DNA from: a virus
Lineage: Duplodnaviria > Caudoviricetes
IMG/VR virus record: IMGVR_UViG_3300027877_000011
Span: 1 to 36,468 of that record
Length of the DNA: 36,468 nt
Direction: 5' to 3' (one strand)
In this document: positions 36,361-36,468 of the stretch, one piece after another
Position numbering within the stretch: the first letter of the stretch is position 1
Layout of the letters: every line of letters begins with the position of its first letter
Notes under the pieces: model-generated
Seen by the model: the letters and a program-made list of their open reading frames with translations, nothing else
Database searches by the model: none
Told to the model about the DNA's origin: nothing
Made by a program: the position numbers and the translations under genes

Positions 36361-36468
36361 ACCAAGCCCACAAAAAACGGGCCCCGCGGCTTGCCCCCGC
36401 GAGACCCCATCACTACTGAGAGAGGCAAGTATGCCACAGGAAATCCCCCCGATCAGCATCCTCACGGA
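36342..36468 (+). repeat. Terminal direct repeat, right copy
   Basis: Identical to 1-127. Confidence 0.9.

Larger units (their letters stand above)
1..36468. mobile_element. Complete actinobacterial siphovirus genome / putative conjugative phage-plasmid
   Basis: Full terminase-portal-capsid-tail-lysis set, replication module, tra-like operon, exact terminal overlap, high GC. Confidence 0.9.

Noticed and set aside
36342-36468. 127-bp terminal repeat as a biological DTR or att site
   Set aside because: Length matches a common assembler k-mer, it cuts through genes far from the terminase, and the terminase type suggests headful packaging

Overview
The window looks like a complete, circularly permuted, high-GC actinobacterial siphovirus genome of about 36,341 bp; bases 1-127 repeat exactly at 36342-36468, most likely an assembly overlap. 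The + strand carries recombination and replication genes: a Sak4-like ATPase, a UvrD-like helicase, a replication initiator with internal 21-bp iterons plus an upstream truncated paralogue, and a DnaC-like loader. Next come small early genes and a putative counter-defence islet (Acb2/Tad1-like protein, atypical CAT tRNA, tRNA-like element, 33-aa membrane peptide). Packaging, head, tail and lysis genes follow. Where an integrase cassette would be expected, the - strand has a Streptomyces-plasmid-type transfer operon: Spd-like membrane proteins, a TraA-like protein, a TraB/FtsK-like translocase and a clt-like repeat locus. It sits divergent from an HTH regulator across three palindromic operators. 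I see no integrase, ParA or protelomerase. The best reading is a putative conjugative phage-plasmid of a mycelial actinomycete. All family calls come from motif recognition by eye, not database searches.
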